From positions 9,486,001-9,550,000 of the forward strand of contig NC_043022.1 in assembly GCF_006345805.1 (NCBI RefSeq): a stretch of 64,000 nucleotides of DNA, read 5' to 3'. Both the position numbers and the translations under genes were made by a program. The notes under the pieces were generated by a model. That model was not told where the DNA came from. It saw only the letters and a list, made by a program, of their open reading frames with translations, and did no database searches. Shown here piece after piece: positions 12,836-24,438 of the stretch; within the stretch, counting starts at the first letter, position 1; each line of letters opens with the position of its first letter. The stretch comes from Octopus sinensis (lineage: Eukaryota).

Positions 12836-13056
12836 TGCAGTTCTGGCAGCCGGGGTGTTTGTCTCCCCTTCGTAAATGTATATAAGGACACAGGGGAAAA
12901 TGTGTCAAAGCCATCAGGAGGTTTCGATGCTTCCTAGGGCTATACAGCGGTGGGGTACCCCCTACTGTCACGTTCTTGTTAGATTGACAGTATACAACCA
13001 TTCTATCGCCCCGCCACCGTACATGTCTCTACGAGAGATTTAGAAATTCAATATTT

Positions 13057-13096
<40 letters not shown>

Positions 13097-13250
13097 ATAT
13101 CATCATCATCGTTTAACGTCCGCTTTCCATGCTAGCATGGGTTATATAAATTAAGTTAATCCCACAAGAACAACAAAAAAAAAACACAACGCGAGGACGT
13201 GGAACAAATATAGTATTATTGGACGCTCAGGAAAGAAGGAAAGAAGGAGG

Positions 13251-13285
13251 GTTTAACGTTTCGAGCGGAGCTCTTCGTCAGAAAC
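13251..13285 (-). ncRNA. Type I minimal hammerhead ribozyme
   Basis: Minus strand reads gttt-CTGACGA-a-gagc(tcc)gctc-GAAA-cg-TT-aaac. Confidence 0.72.
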
Positions 13286-14230
13286 ATAGGAGAAGGAAAG
13301 ATCCAGAGAAGGGAAGACAGAGGAAAAAAATCGCCAACGGTACACACGAGGTCACATTTTGGAGAGGAATGACCACATTTCTTAGCAGTAAGACCATAGC
13401 AGATCTACATCTAGCACAAGGGTTGTCCACATAGTGGTCAGCCCTCTCGTATGTATATAATACAATTTACTGAACTTTCAGATTTTAATATGCTAGACCA
13501 CTGGTGTTAAATTGATGTTAATTAAATTAATATCCAATTTCTCACCCTCATTTTAAATTTATATATATATATAATATATATGTGTGTGTGTGTGTGTGTG
13601 CATATATATATATATATGTATCTATATGTGATAGGCTTCTTTCAGTTTCTGTCTATCAAGTCCACTCACAAAGCTTTGGTTGGTCCAAAGTTATAGTAGA
13701 AGATACTTGCCCAAGGTACCATGCAGTCAGGCTGAACCCGGGACTGTGTGGTTGGGAAGCAAGCTTCTTACCACACTGCCATGTCTGAGCCTCCACAATC
13801 ATTTGTCCTGGGTTCAGTCCTACTGTTTGGTACTTTGGGTGTCTTCTACCATAGCTCCAGACTGACCAGAACCTTCTGAGTTGATTTGGTAGATAGAAAA
13901 CTGAAAGAAGCCTGTTGTATATATATCTCGATATTTAGCAGAAGCGGCAAAGTGACTCAAGGGCCAAGACTTTTGTCTGTTACCTCTTCATCATGAATCT
14001 ATTATCATCATTTAACATCCGTTTTCCATGCTGGTATGTGTTGGATGGCTTGGCAGAAACTGGCAAAGCCAGAAGCCGGAACCAGGTTCAATAGTCTGTT
14101 TTGGCCCGATTTCTACAGCTGGACTCCCTTCCTAATGCCAACCATACCACAGAGTGTACTGGGTGCTTTTTACATGGCACCAGTACGAGTCAAACCCCTC
14201 TCTCTCTCTCTCTATCTATATATATATATA

Positions 14231-14903
14231 TGTATGTATAATGCCTTCTGGCATGTATGTATAATGCCCTCTATATATAAATTAATATGTTCAATAAGAA
14301 ATAATTATTTTCGAAATTTTTTCTCTTATGAGGTTTTTACGCTATCTACCTGACAATTTCTTGTTAAGTTTTCCTTATTAAGTAGTTGTCCTTAATTGCT
14401 AAATTTTTATTCCGAAAAAAACTTTTCCTCTCCCGAAATGCAATTCGTAAAAGTTTGCCATTTATCCGGATGTAATATATGTAAACTCACCCATGTGCTT
14501 CGTTGATGTTGAGCAGTTAGCTGATCGGCTTAAGCGGGGCAGGGTCGTTGTTTATTTATAATACATTCAGGCCTGCTGATGAGTACGTAAGTATGAAATC
14601 ACTGTGATACAGGTCTATATTTTTTTAAATGTCTTACTTTGAAAAATTGCATTCGGTGGGATTAGTAATATTTTTGGTAGAAATGACTAATTGTCCCTCT
14701 TAGCGTTTGGCATGTATGTATAATGCCTTCTGGCATGTATGTATAATGCCTTCTGGCATGTATGTATAATGCCCTCTATATATAAATTAATATGTTCAAT
14801 AAGAAATAATTATTTTCGAAATTTTTTCACTTATGAGGTTTTTACGCTATCTACCTGACAATTTCTTGTTAAGTTTTCCTTATTAAGTAGTTGTCCTTAA
14901 TTG

Positions 14904-14906
<3 letters not shown>
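14231..14906 (+). mobile_element. Partial-tandem retrozyme-like repeat, period 505 bp
   Basis: ~170-bp direct repeat (gccctctata at 14266 and 14771) with a hammerhead between the copies, flanked by (TA)n. Confidence 0.7.
14570..14615 (+). ncRNA. Type I hammerhead ribozyme
   Basis: ggcctg-CTGATGA-gtac(gtaa)gtat-GAAA-tcac(t)gtga-TA-caggtc. Confidence 0.8.
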
Positions 14907-14942
<36 letters not shown>

Positions 14943-15282
14943 CACACATATATATATATATATACATACATATATATATATACATATATATATTTCTTTA
15001 TTGCCACAGGGAGCTAAACACAGAGGGGATAAACAAGGACAGACAAAGGAATTAAGTCGATTGCATCGACCTCAGTGCGTAACTGGTACTTATTTAATCA
15101 ACCTTGAAAGGATGAAAGGCAAAGTCGACCTCGGTGGAATTTGAACTTATAACGTAACGGCAGATGAAATACCACTAAGAATTTCGCCCGGCATGCTAAC
15201 GTTTCTACCAGCTCGCCGCCACACACACACACATATATATTTATGTATGTATATATATATATATATATATATATTATGTATG

Positions 15283-15318
<36 letters not shown>

Positions 15319-15380
15319 TGTATGTATATATATATGTATGTATATATATATGTATGTATATATATATATATATGTATGTG

Positions 15381-15411
<31 letters not shown>

Positions 15412-15480
15412 ATATATATATATGTATGTATGTATATATATATATATGTATGTATGTATATATATATATATGTATGTATG

Positions 15481-15513
<33 letters not shown>

Positions 15514-15917
15514 GTATATATATATATATGTATGTGTATATATATATATGTATGTATATATATATGTATGTGTATATATATATATGTATGTATATATATA
15601 TATATGTATGTGTATGTATATATATGTATGTATATACATGTGTGTGTGAATATGTTTATGTTTCCTTATCTTGACATGATATAATTGTTATACAAGCAGT
15701 GTTATTCATTTTCAATATTCTGTGAGAACATATCCATTTATGGGGGAAAATTAACTAACTTGGAAACAGTTGTTGGTTGCCGACAAGACAAGCATCAAAA
15801 AAGAGTATCTGTAGAAAATCTTCCTCAATAAACTCTGTGTAATCCATGCATACATAATAAAGTAGACATATGGTGGTAGCCATGGTGGCAGCAGCTATTG
15901 TTGTTGTCAATTAGTTT

Positions 15918-17966
15918 GATCTCTCCATGCTACAAGGCACGTAAGGCCACAACGTGATCTCTCCATGCTACAAGGCACATAAGGCCACAACATGATCTCT
16001 CCATGCTACAAGGCACATAAGGCCACAACATGATCTCTCCATGCTACAGGGCACATAAGGCCACAACATGATCTCTCCATGCTACAGGGCACATAAGGCC
16101 ACAACATGATCTCTCCATGCTACAAGGCACATAAGGCCACAACATGATCTCTCCATGCTACAAGGCACATAAGGCCACAACATGATCTCTCCATGCTACA
16201 AGGCACATAAGGCCACAACATGATCTCTCCATGCTACAAGGCACATAAGGCCACAACATGATCTCTCCATGCTACAAGGCACATAAGGCCACAATGTGAT
16301 CTCTCCATGCTACAAGGCACATAAGGCCACAACATGATCTCTCCATGCTACAAGGCACATAAGGCCACAACATGATCTCTCCATGCTACAAGGCACATAA
16401 GGCCACAACATGATCTCTCCGTGCTACAAGGCACATAAGGCCACAACATGATCTCTCCATGCTACAAGGCACATAAGGCCACAACATGATCTCTCCATGC
16501 TACAAGGCACATAAGGCCACAACATGATCTCTCCATGCTACAAGGCACATAAGGCCACAACATGATCTCCATGCTACAAGGCACATAAGGCCACACCATG
16601 ATCTCTCCATGCTACAGGCACATAAGGCCACAACATGATCTTTCCATGCTACAAGGCACATAAGGCCACAACATGATCTCTCCATGCTACAGCACATAAG
16701 GCCACACATGATCTCTCCATGCTACAAGGCACATAAGGCCACAACATGATCTCTCCATGCTACAGGGCACATAAGGCCACAACATGATCTCTCCATGCTA
16801 CAGGGCACATAAGGCCACAACATGATCTCTCCATGCTACAGGCACATAAGGCCACAACATGATCTCTCCATGCTACAGGGCACATAAGGCCACAACATGA
16901 TCTCCATGCTACAGGCACATAAGGCCACAACATGATCTCTCCATGCTTACAGGCACATAAGGCCACAACATGATCTCTCCATGCTACAGGGCACATAAGG
17001 CCACAACATGATCTCTCCATGCTACAGGGCACATAAGGCCACAACATGATCTCTCCATGCTACAGGGCACATAAGGCCACAACATGATCTCTCCATGCTA
17101 CAGGGCACATAAGGCCACAACATGATCTCTCCATGCTACAAGGCACATAAGGCCACAACATGATCTCTCCATGCTACAAGCACATAAGGCCACAACATGA
17201 TCTCTCCATGCTACAGGCACATAAGGCCACAACATGATCTCTCCATGCTACAGGGCACATAAGGCCACAACATGATCTCTCCATGCTACAGGGCACATAA
17301 GGCCACAACATGATCTCTCCATGCTACAGGGCACATAAGGCCACAACATGATCTCTCCATGCTACAAGGCACATAAGGCCACAACATGATCTCTCCATGC
17401 TACGGGCACATAAGGCCACAACATGATCTCTCCATGCTACAGGGCACATAAGGCCACAACATGATCTCTCCATGCTACAAGGCACATAAGGCCACAACAT
17501 GATCTCTCCATGCTACAGGGCACATAAGGCCACAACATGATCTCTCCATGCTACAGGGCACATAAGGCCACAACATGATCTCTCCATGCTACAGGGCACA
17601 TAAGGCCACAACATGATCTCTCCATGCTACAGGGCACATAAGGCCACAACATGATCTCTCCATGCTACAAGGCACATAAGGCCACAACATGATCTCTCCA
17701 TGCTACAAGGCACATAAGGCCACAACATGATCTCTCCATGCTACAAGGCACATAAGGCCACAACATGATCTCTCCATGCTACAAGGCACATAAGGCCACA
17801 ACATGATCTCTCCATGCTACAAGGCACATAAGGCCACAACATGATCTCTCCATGCTACAAGGCACATAAGGCCACAACATGATCTCTCCATGCTACAGGG
17901 CACATAAGGCCACAACATGATCTCTCCATGCTACAAGGCACATAAGGCCACAACATGATCTTTCCA
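15918..17966. repeat. 38-bp tandem minisatellite, ~54 copies
   Basis: Unit gatctctccatgctaca(a/g)ggcacataaggccacaacat, head-to-tail with no spacers. Confidence 0.97.
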
Positions 17967-18385
17967 ATCAGCCCTTGTTTTCTGGCACTGTTCTGGTCTC
18001 ATTCCAGTTTTTTCACTTTGCTCTCTTCCTTTCCTTGTTAATGGTCCTTCACTTTATGGGTTTAGGGCATCCTGCTGCTCTTTTCCCCTCTGGCTTCCAC
18101 TTTACTGTCACCATAATATAGCTTTCTCAATCTTCTCTGAGAACTTATGTGACCCAGACACAACGTCTGTGTCTGATTTCATCACTGATCCTGTTGATGT
18201 CCATTGTAGTCTCAATTGCATCATTTCAGGCTCTTTGCAACCACTTGATGTTGAGTATTCTCTTTATACATGTGAAATGGAAACTGCCCATTGTTTTCCT
18301 TCCATGTTTTGTCACTTTTCAGTTTGCACATCTGTGAAGTAATACTAGTCGAACCAGTGTCTTAAACAGCTTCATTTTGTAGCCT
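17930..18385 (-). mobile_element. RTE-clade LINE, degraded 3' end of ORF2
   Basis: Minus-strand translation gives KMKLFKTLVRLVLLH..CIKRILNIKW..KWKPEGKRAAGCPK..WKDHVVALCAL*, with internal stops. Confidence 0.8.
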
Positions 18386-19582
18386 GTACCATTCAGCTTC
18401 CGTCTACCAAATCCACTCACAAGGCCGAGGCTATAATAAGACACTTATTATATATGTGTATATATGTTATGATGATGATGATGTTTGTGGTGGTGGTGAA
18501 AATGTTTTCCCACAAGACCTGAAATTTTAAGGAAAGGAGCTGGTTCATTACATCGATTCTGGTACTCACCTGCAGTATCTCCGTCGAAAGGATAAGGGCA
18601 TAGATGGCCTTGGTGTGATTTGAACTCAGGAACTGAGAACGTAATGGGGGGGGGTCTGAAAAACGGGGTGGTGTGAGGTAGAAGCCTCGGAAATTTCACC
18701 CCACCCCCATTGATCTTTTCACCCGCACGAAAAAAGGTGGGCGCTCCCCTCTTTTCCGAACTAAAATAAGGGATTTGCAGCGTATTACGTACGAGGTCAG
18801 AGTACTTGATTCCACGCAAAAGATACTAGTTTTTTTTTTTTGTTCTTAGTAAAAATCGTGTGGGTTTTAATACAGAAATTTACCGAAATATCTGCCGGGG
18901 TATGGGAGACAACTCTTATTCTTTCATCGATACAGGTGTGTGTTATGTAATGAAAGAGGGACGGAGTGACAGGTATTAGCACTGGGAGAAGAATGCCGAG
19001 GAAGGGAGATAATCAAGTACTGATAATGCCGCAATATGTATGTCTGAAATCTGCCGGGTGGTCAAGACGTGTGTGTGTGTGTTTTGCGTATATGAGTATT
19101 ACATAATGTTACAATCCACCATCACACTTAGCCATTCCTGCTGTTCTACATGTTGATGTGCCTTGATTTTTAAGAATCCTCATCACTAAATTATATCGTA
19201 CACACACACACACACATAAATGCATACAGCTGAGTGAACTGGAGCAATATGAAATAAAGTGCCTTGCTCAAGAACACAACACACAGCCTTTTCCGGGAAT
19301 CAAACCCACGATGTCATGATTGTAAGCCTCTTGTTCTAACCACTGAGCCATATGCCTTCACATACACACACACACACACATACATGTATGTATGCATGTA
19401 AATGTGTGAGTGGTCATATATATATCGTCAGTAGTTCGTGTTTGTGTATACACATACACACACACACACGTATATATTACATTATAAAACCTATTTTTTA
19501 AATACTTTTTTGTTTTTTTCCCAAAACTGTCTCAAGTTATAACTTTTAACTTCCTAAAGATATATATATATATATTATATAT

Positions 19583-19625
<43 letters not shown>

Positions 19626-19629
19626 ATAC

Positions 19630-19680
<51 letters not shown>

Positions 19681-20399
19681 CATTTATATATTATGTGTGG
19701 TTAGGGTACTGGACTTACAGTCATAGGATTGTAGTTTCAATTCCCAGATCGAGCGTTGTGAATATTCATTGAGTGAAAACACTTAAAGCTCCACAAAGCT
19801 TCAGCAGGGGATAGTGGCGAACCCTGTTGTACTCTTTCCCCATAACATTTTCTCACTCTTTCTTCCTGTTTCTGTTATACCTGCATTTCAAAGGGGCAGC
19901 CTTGTCACACTCTGTGTCATGCTGAATCTCCCCGAGAACTAGGTTAAGGGTACACGTGTCTGTGGAATGCTCAGCCACTTGCACGTTAATTTCACAAGCG
20001 GGCTGTTCTGTTGACCGGATCAAGTGGAACCCTTGTCGTCGTAACCGTCAGAATGCCATAATATCACGTGATCATGTGACAGACCAGGCTATCAGATGTT
20101 GCTACACATCGCTGGTCACAATGTGCTTTGCATTGTTTTAGCCTTCAAATGGTGCCACCTTGCTGGCTCAGCAAGCAGGCCAACAGAAGAAAGAGTGAGA
20201 GAAAGTTGTGGCGAAAGAGTACAGCAGGGATTGCTACCACCGCCTGCCAGAGCCTTATGGAGCTTTAGGTATTTTCGCTCAATAAACACTCACAACGCCC
20301 GGTCTGGGAATCAAAACAGGGATCCTACAAATGTACAATATATATACATATATATATATATATATACATGTATATATATATATATTCAAATACATTTTA

Positions 20400-20437
<38 letters not shown>

Positions 20438-21260
20438 TTCACATATACATATTATCATATATATATATATATGTTAACACACACACGCACACACACCACA
20501 GGTGGCGAGCTGGCAGGTTTGATAGTGCATTGGACAAAGTACTTAGTTGCATTACTTCTGGCTCTCTGAAGAATGAGTTCAAATTCTGGTGAGGTCAACT
20601 TTTACATCCCGTTGTGAGCTAGTAAAATAAAGTACTAGTCAAGCGCTGGGGTCAGTATAATCGACTTGTCCTCTCTCATCAGAATTTCTGACTTTGGATC
20701 CCACCCCAGACCAAGCATCCCATGTAGAAGTAGAGGTGTTGTGATTTTGGTCATTTATATACCATGGAACCAAGTAAGCAGTCCTGTGAGCCTTAGTACT
20801 ATGGCTGTGTGGTAAGAAGTTTACTTCCCAACCACAAGGCTCCATGTTCAATCCCACTGTATGGCACCTTGGGCAAGTGTTTTCTACTATGGTCTTGGGC
20901 TGACCAAAACCTTGTGAGTGGATTTGGTAGACGGAAACTGAAAGAAGTTTGTCGTATATATGTATATATATGTGTGTGTGTGCGTGTGTGTATATGTTTG
21001 TGTGTCTGTGTTTGTATATGTTTGTGTGTATATGTTTGTGTGTCTGTGTGTATATGTTTGTGTGTCTGTGTTTGTCCCCCCAACATCGTTTACATCCCCG
21101 TAACTTAGTGGTTCAGCAAAAGAGACTGATAGAATAAGTACTAGGCTTACAAAGAATAAGTCCTGGGGTCAATTTGCTCGACTACAGGCGGTGCTCCAGC
21201 ATGGCCACAGTCAAATGGCTGAAACAAGTAAAAGAGAGAAAAGAGTATATATATATATAT

Positions 21261-21517
21261 ATCTCTATAAATAATTGTATATAATAAAAACCTAATAAAT
21301 TTAATTTTTCATATTTAAAGATGAAATAGCTAATTTCAAAATACAAATAAACTAACTTAAACGGACTTTCAGAAATCTTATGTAAAATACTTTTACATAA
21401 GATTTCTGAAAGTCCGTTTAAGTTAGTTTATTTGTATTTTGAAATTAGCTATTTCATCTTTAAATATGAAAAATTAAATTTATTAGGTTTTTATTATATA
21501 CAATTATTTATAGAGAT
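21261..21517. repeat. Perfect palindrome, 127-bp arms, 3-nt spacer
   Basis: Arms 21261-21387 and 21391-21517 are reverse complements. It heads an AT-rich hammerhead element running to ~22070. Confidence 0.9.
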
Positions 21518-21787
21518 TATTTTAGATCTTGATTATAATATTTATATATATATTTTCATTGATAATTTATATATATTAGTCATTTTAAATATTTATGTAA
21601 TTAGATATAGACTAATATTGATATTAGATTACGGGTTTCCTACCTTATAAATTAAAATTAATATTTAACATTATAGTCGATTTGGATATAATCATATTTG
21701 ATAATAGAGTTTATTATAAGTAAAATTATTATATTATATATATTATTTATATCTTAAAAATATTGATTATATTTTAGATATTTAAAC

Positions 21788-21851
21788 CACCTGATGAATG
21801 ACTGTAACTCGAAAATTTAAAGAAATTAACAGCCATGAAACGATCGTAGTG
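21788..21851 (+). ncRNA. Type I hammerhead ribozyme
   Basis: cac-CTGATGA-atgactgt...acagccat-GAAA-cgatcg-TA-gtg. Confidence 0.7.
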
Positions 21852-22689
21852 TTATATTTATTATATTTTTTTAATAATTTTGTTATATATTTAAATAATA
21901 TAAATTAAATAATCTTATGTATTGGCTTAAGTTTTTCATTGTATGATTTGCCTAATAGTGGTTTTATCTCTAATTTAATATAATATAATATTTTACTATA
22001 AAATTAGATTTAATCCTAAATCTGATTTTTCCCTGTAAGTTTGGATTTATTCCCTAATATTTTTTTATTATATATATTATATATATATATATATACAAAA
22101 TTAGAAAATGGAGAAACATACTTAATCAATCAAACATCAACCAACAGATGATACCCAATCAATACTTTATTACACCATTACATAACAGTAAAGGCATTAT
22201 ACAAATATATTGTAAATATAATTAGACAAGGAAATAGAAATATAAAAAATAAAATATAATATGTAATTATATCATATCTGACAGCTGTTTCGGCAGTAAG
22301 GGCAATCATGCCTGTATATTGGATATATGTTATCCCATGTTGGGTTGAATTTTCAACCCCTATCTCATTTTATATATATATATATTTCTGTGAGAATTAG
22401 AGGTTGGGAAACCAACCGAGGGATAGTACCACCATTGGATGAAGTAACGTGGATCCTGGAATACATCATGGGAAGTTTGTTTCTTATTTCCCCTTGCTAT
22501 ACCTAATTCATTTTAATTACTTCTCTCACAGCCTCATGTTTACTCCTATTCTTTTCCTTCCCTTTTTATTAATGACAAATACGCTGTACATATTGTTAAC
22601 TGTTTATTATATGTATTTGACCTCCTTCAGAAGAAACCATTCCCCACACCACTTTCTCTAAACTTGGCAGATTTCTTGAGGTACTTGAA

Positions 22690-23409
22690 TTTTAGCCGAT
22701 ATCAATGGTGGCAATGGCATTACGAATCCTTTGCTTCAAGTCAGCAATGTCCCGTATCTTTGTTTCATATACAATATCTTTTACATAAGCCCATAAAAAG
22801 AAGTCCAAAGGAGTGATATCTGGCGAACACGGTGGCCATAGAATTGGCCTATTCCTTCCAATCCATCAGTCTGGAAATGTTTGATTGAAGGACTGATGAA
22901 CATGCCGTCCCCAATGTGGTGATGCACCATCTTGCTGGAGAATGATGGTTGTAAATCAATCAGTTGTGGTGCCACATATTCGGTCAGAGGGTCGAGGTAA
23001 AAATCTGCAGTAATTGTTGCCTCGTTAAAGAAAAATGGACCAATTATTCGATTGCACATGAATCCACACCACACATTCACTTTTGGACTATCCCGTTGAA
23101 GCTCCCTAGTCACAGGGGGGGGGGGGTGTTCTGATCCCCAGATTCTGTGTCTGTTTAATTTTTCTGAAACATGAAAGTTGCCTCGTCACTAAAACAAACT
23201 CGCTTGAGGAATGCTTCATCCTCATTTTATAGGGGTTCAGAGAATCAGTTCCCTTCCATCAACAGAGTATGTGAAATGCAAAAAAATTAATATCAATAAA
23301 AACTTTAATAAACAATTATTAAAATAAAACAAATCTGGTTAAAATATCTCATCAACTGCCTTTATAATAATTTTTTTTAATTGTAAAGAGACTTTATGGA
23401 CACCCTGTA
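22690..23409 (-). mobile_element. Tc1/mariner transposon relic (DDD transposase fragment plus one TIR)
   Basis: Frameshifted motifs FSDEA, KVNVWCG..IIGPFFF, QQDGA, WPPCSPDITPLDFFLWAYVKDIVY. Terminal gactttatggacaccctg-TA at ~23390-23409. Confidence 0.85.
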
Positions 23410-23979
23410 TATGTATATATATGTGTGTGTGTGTGCTAATGTATAGAGGCTGTATGATTAAAAGCAATCCAGAAATGGCCATCATGTCATTTAACATATC
23501 AGAAATGACATTCTCCAATGTGCTTGTTCATTTCTGACACGGCAGGATACAATCTGAAGGAAATTTGACTGCTATTTCTAGCAGATCAAGCGACAACAAA
23601 ATGGCTCACTTGTTTGCACTTCCTGTAGACGTTATCAGTAAGCCACAAAATGTAGCACAAGATGTAATTGGGTTAGTACTTTTCAGGGTATCATTGTTCT
23701 GTATTTGGGTGTTGTGTGAGTAAGATTGCCAGAATTACGGCAGTTTTGGATAAAATGCTTTGCAGTATTTTCTCCAGTGCTGTAAATTCAGAGTTCAAAT
23801 TCTGCTGAGGTTAACATTTTTTCTATGAGGTAGGTGTGCCTGTGTTTTTAGAAGTTTTCTCCCCAATCACATGGTTTCGAGCACAGTCCCACCATGTGGC
23901 ACTTTGGGCAAATGTCTTCTGCTATAGCCCCATGCCGAACAACATCCTGTGAGTAAATATGTATATATATATATATGTA

Positions 23980-24043
<64 letters not shown>

Positions 24044-24149
24044 CACACATGTATGTATATGTATATATATGTATGAATATGTATATATATGTATGAATAT
24101 GTATATATATGTATATGTATATATATATATATTTATATATATATATATA

Positions 24150-24438
24150 TTAGTGGTCAACTCAATGTGACACTCCCGTAAGGGAATTACACCACCGCCA
24201 TTTAGCCCTAGGAAACATTGACGTCTCCTGTCGGCTTTGACACAATTTCTGTGTCCTTATATTTGCAAAGGAGAGGCAATGACCCCCACAAGCCAGGACA
24301 AGGCACCTGAAGACATATGTTTCTGAGTGTATTGCTCATCGTCAGTTCAGGGTAGCCTGCCTCACTCGCTGAGATGACTGCAGCCTTGACACAGAAAATG
24401 TGTCAAAGCCAACAGGAGACGTCGATGTTTCCTAGGGT
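24150..24438 (-). mobile_element. Diverged relative of the 10521-13060 hammerhead repeat, with short inverted arm
   Basis: Shares tacaccaccgc...tagccctagg..catcg..cctcctg..ggctttgacaca. ~24205-24255 is inverted at ~24388-24437. Confidence 0.7.
24306..24351 (-). ncRNA. Type I minimal hammerhead ribozyme (canonical core)
   Basis: Minus strand reads cctgaa-CTGACGA-tgag(caataca)ctca-GAAA-catatg-TC-ttcagg. Confidence 0.82.

Larger units (their letters stand above)
10521..13060 (+). mobile_element. Composite element: ~363-bp hammerhead-bearing repeat (retrozyme / Penelope pLTR-like), inverted left copy plus direct copy interrupted by a Gag-like cassette
   Basis: 10521-10915 is the reverse complement of 10918-11083 joined to 12780-~13004. 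The motif ttcttgttagattgacagtatacaaccattct recurs at 10918 and 12973 (partial tandem). Both ends abut (TA)n. Confidence 0.85.

Noticed and set aside
15193-15684. Long Y/I/C/M-rich ORFs here and at 44145-44684, 61006-61408, 32210-32767
   Set aside because: Translations of (TA)n/(TATG)n microsatellites.
15918-17966. CRISPR-like array of 38-bp repeats
   Set aside because: Units are head-to-tail with no unique spacers, there are no cas genes, the context is eukaryotic, and the unit derives from a LINE 3' end.
18645-19070. GC/CpG-richer island with a 123-aa minus-strand ORF
   Set aside because: The ORF runs into SINE and microsatellite sequence and has no motif; function not assignable.
22272-22300. 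Minus-strand GAAA-cagctg-TC hammerhead 3' half
   Set aside because: No CUGANGA core or stem I partner visible; at most a truncated remnant.
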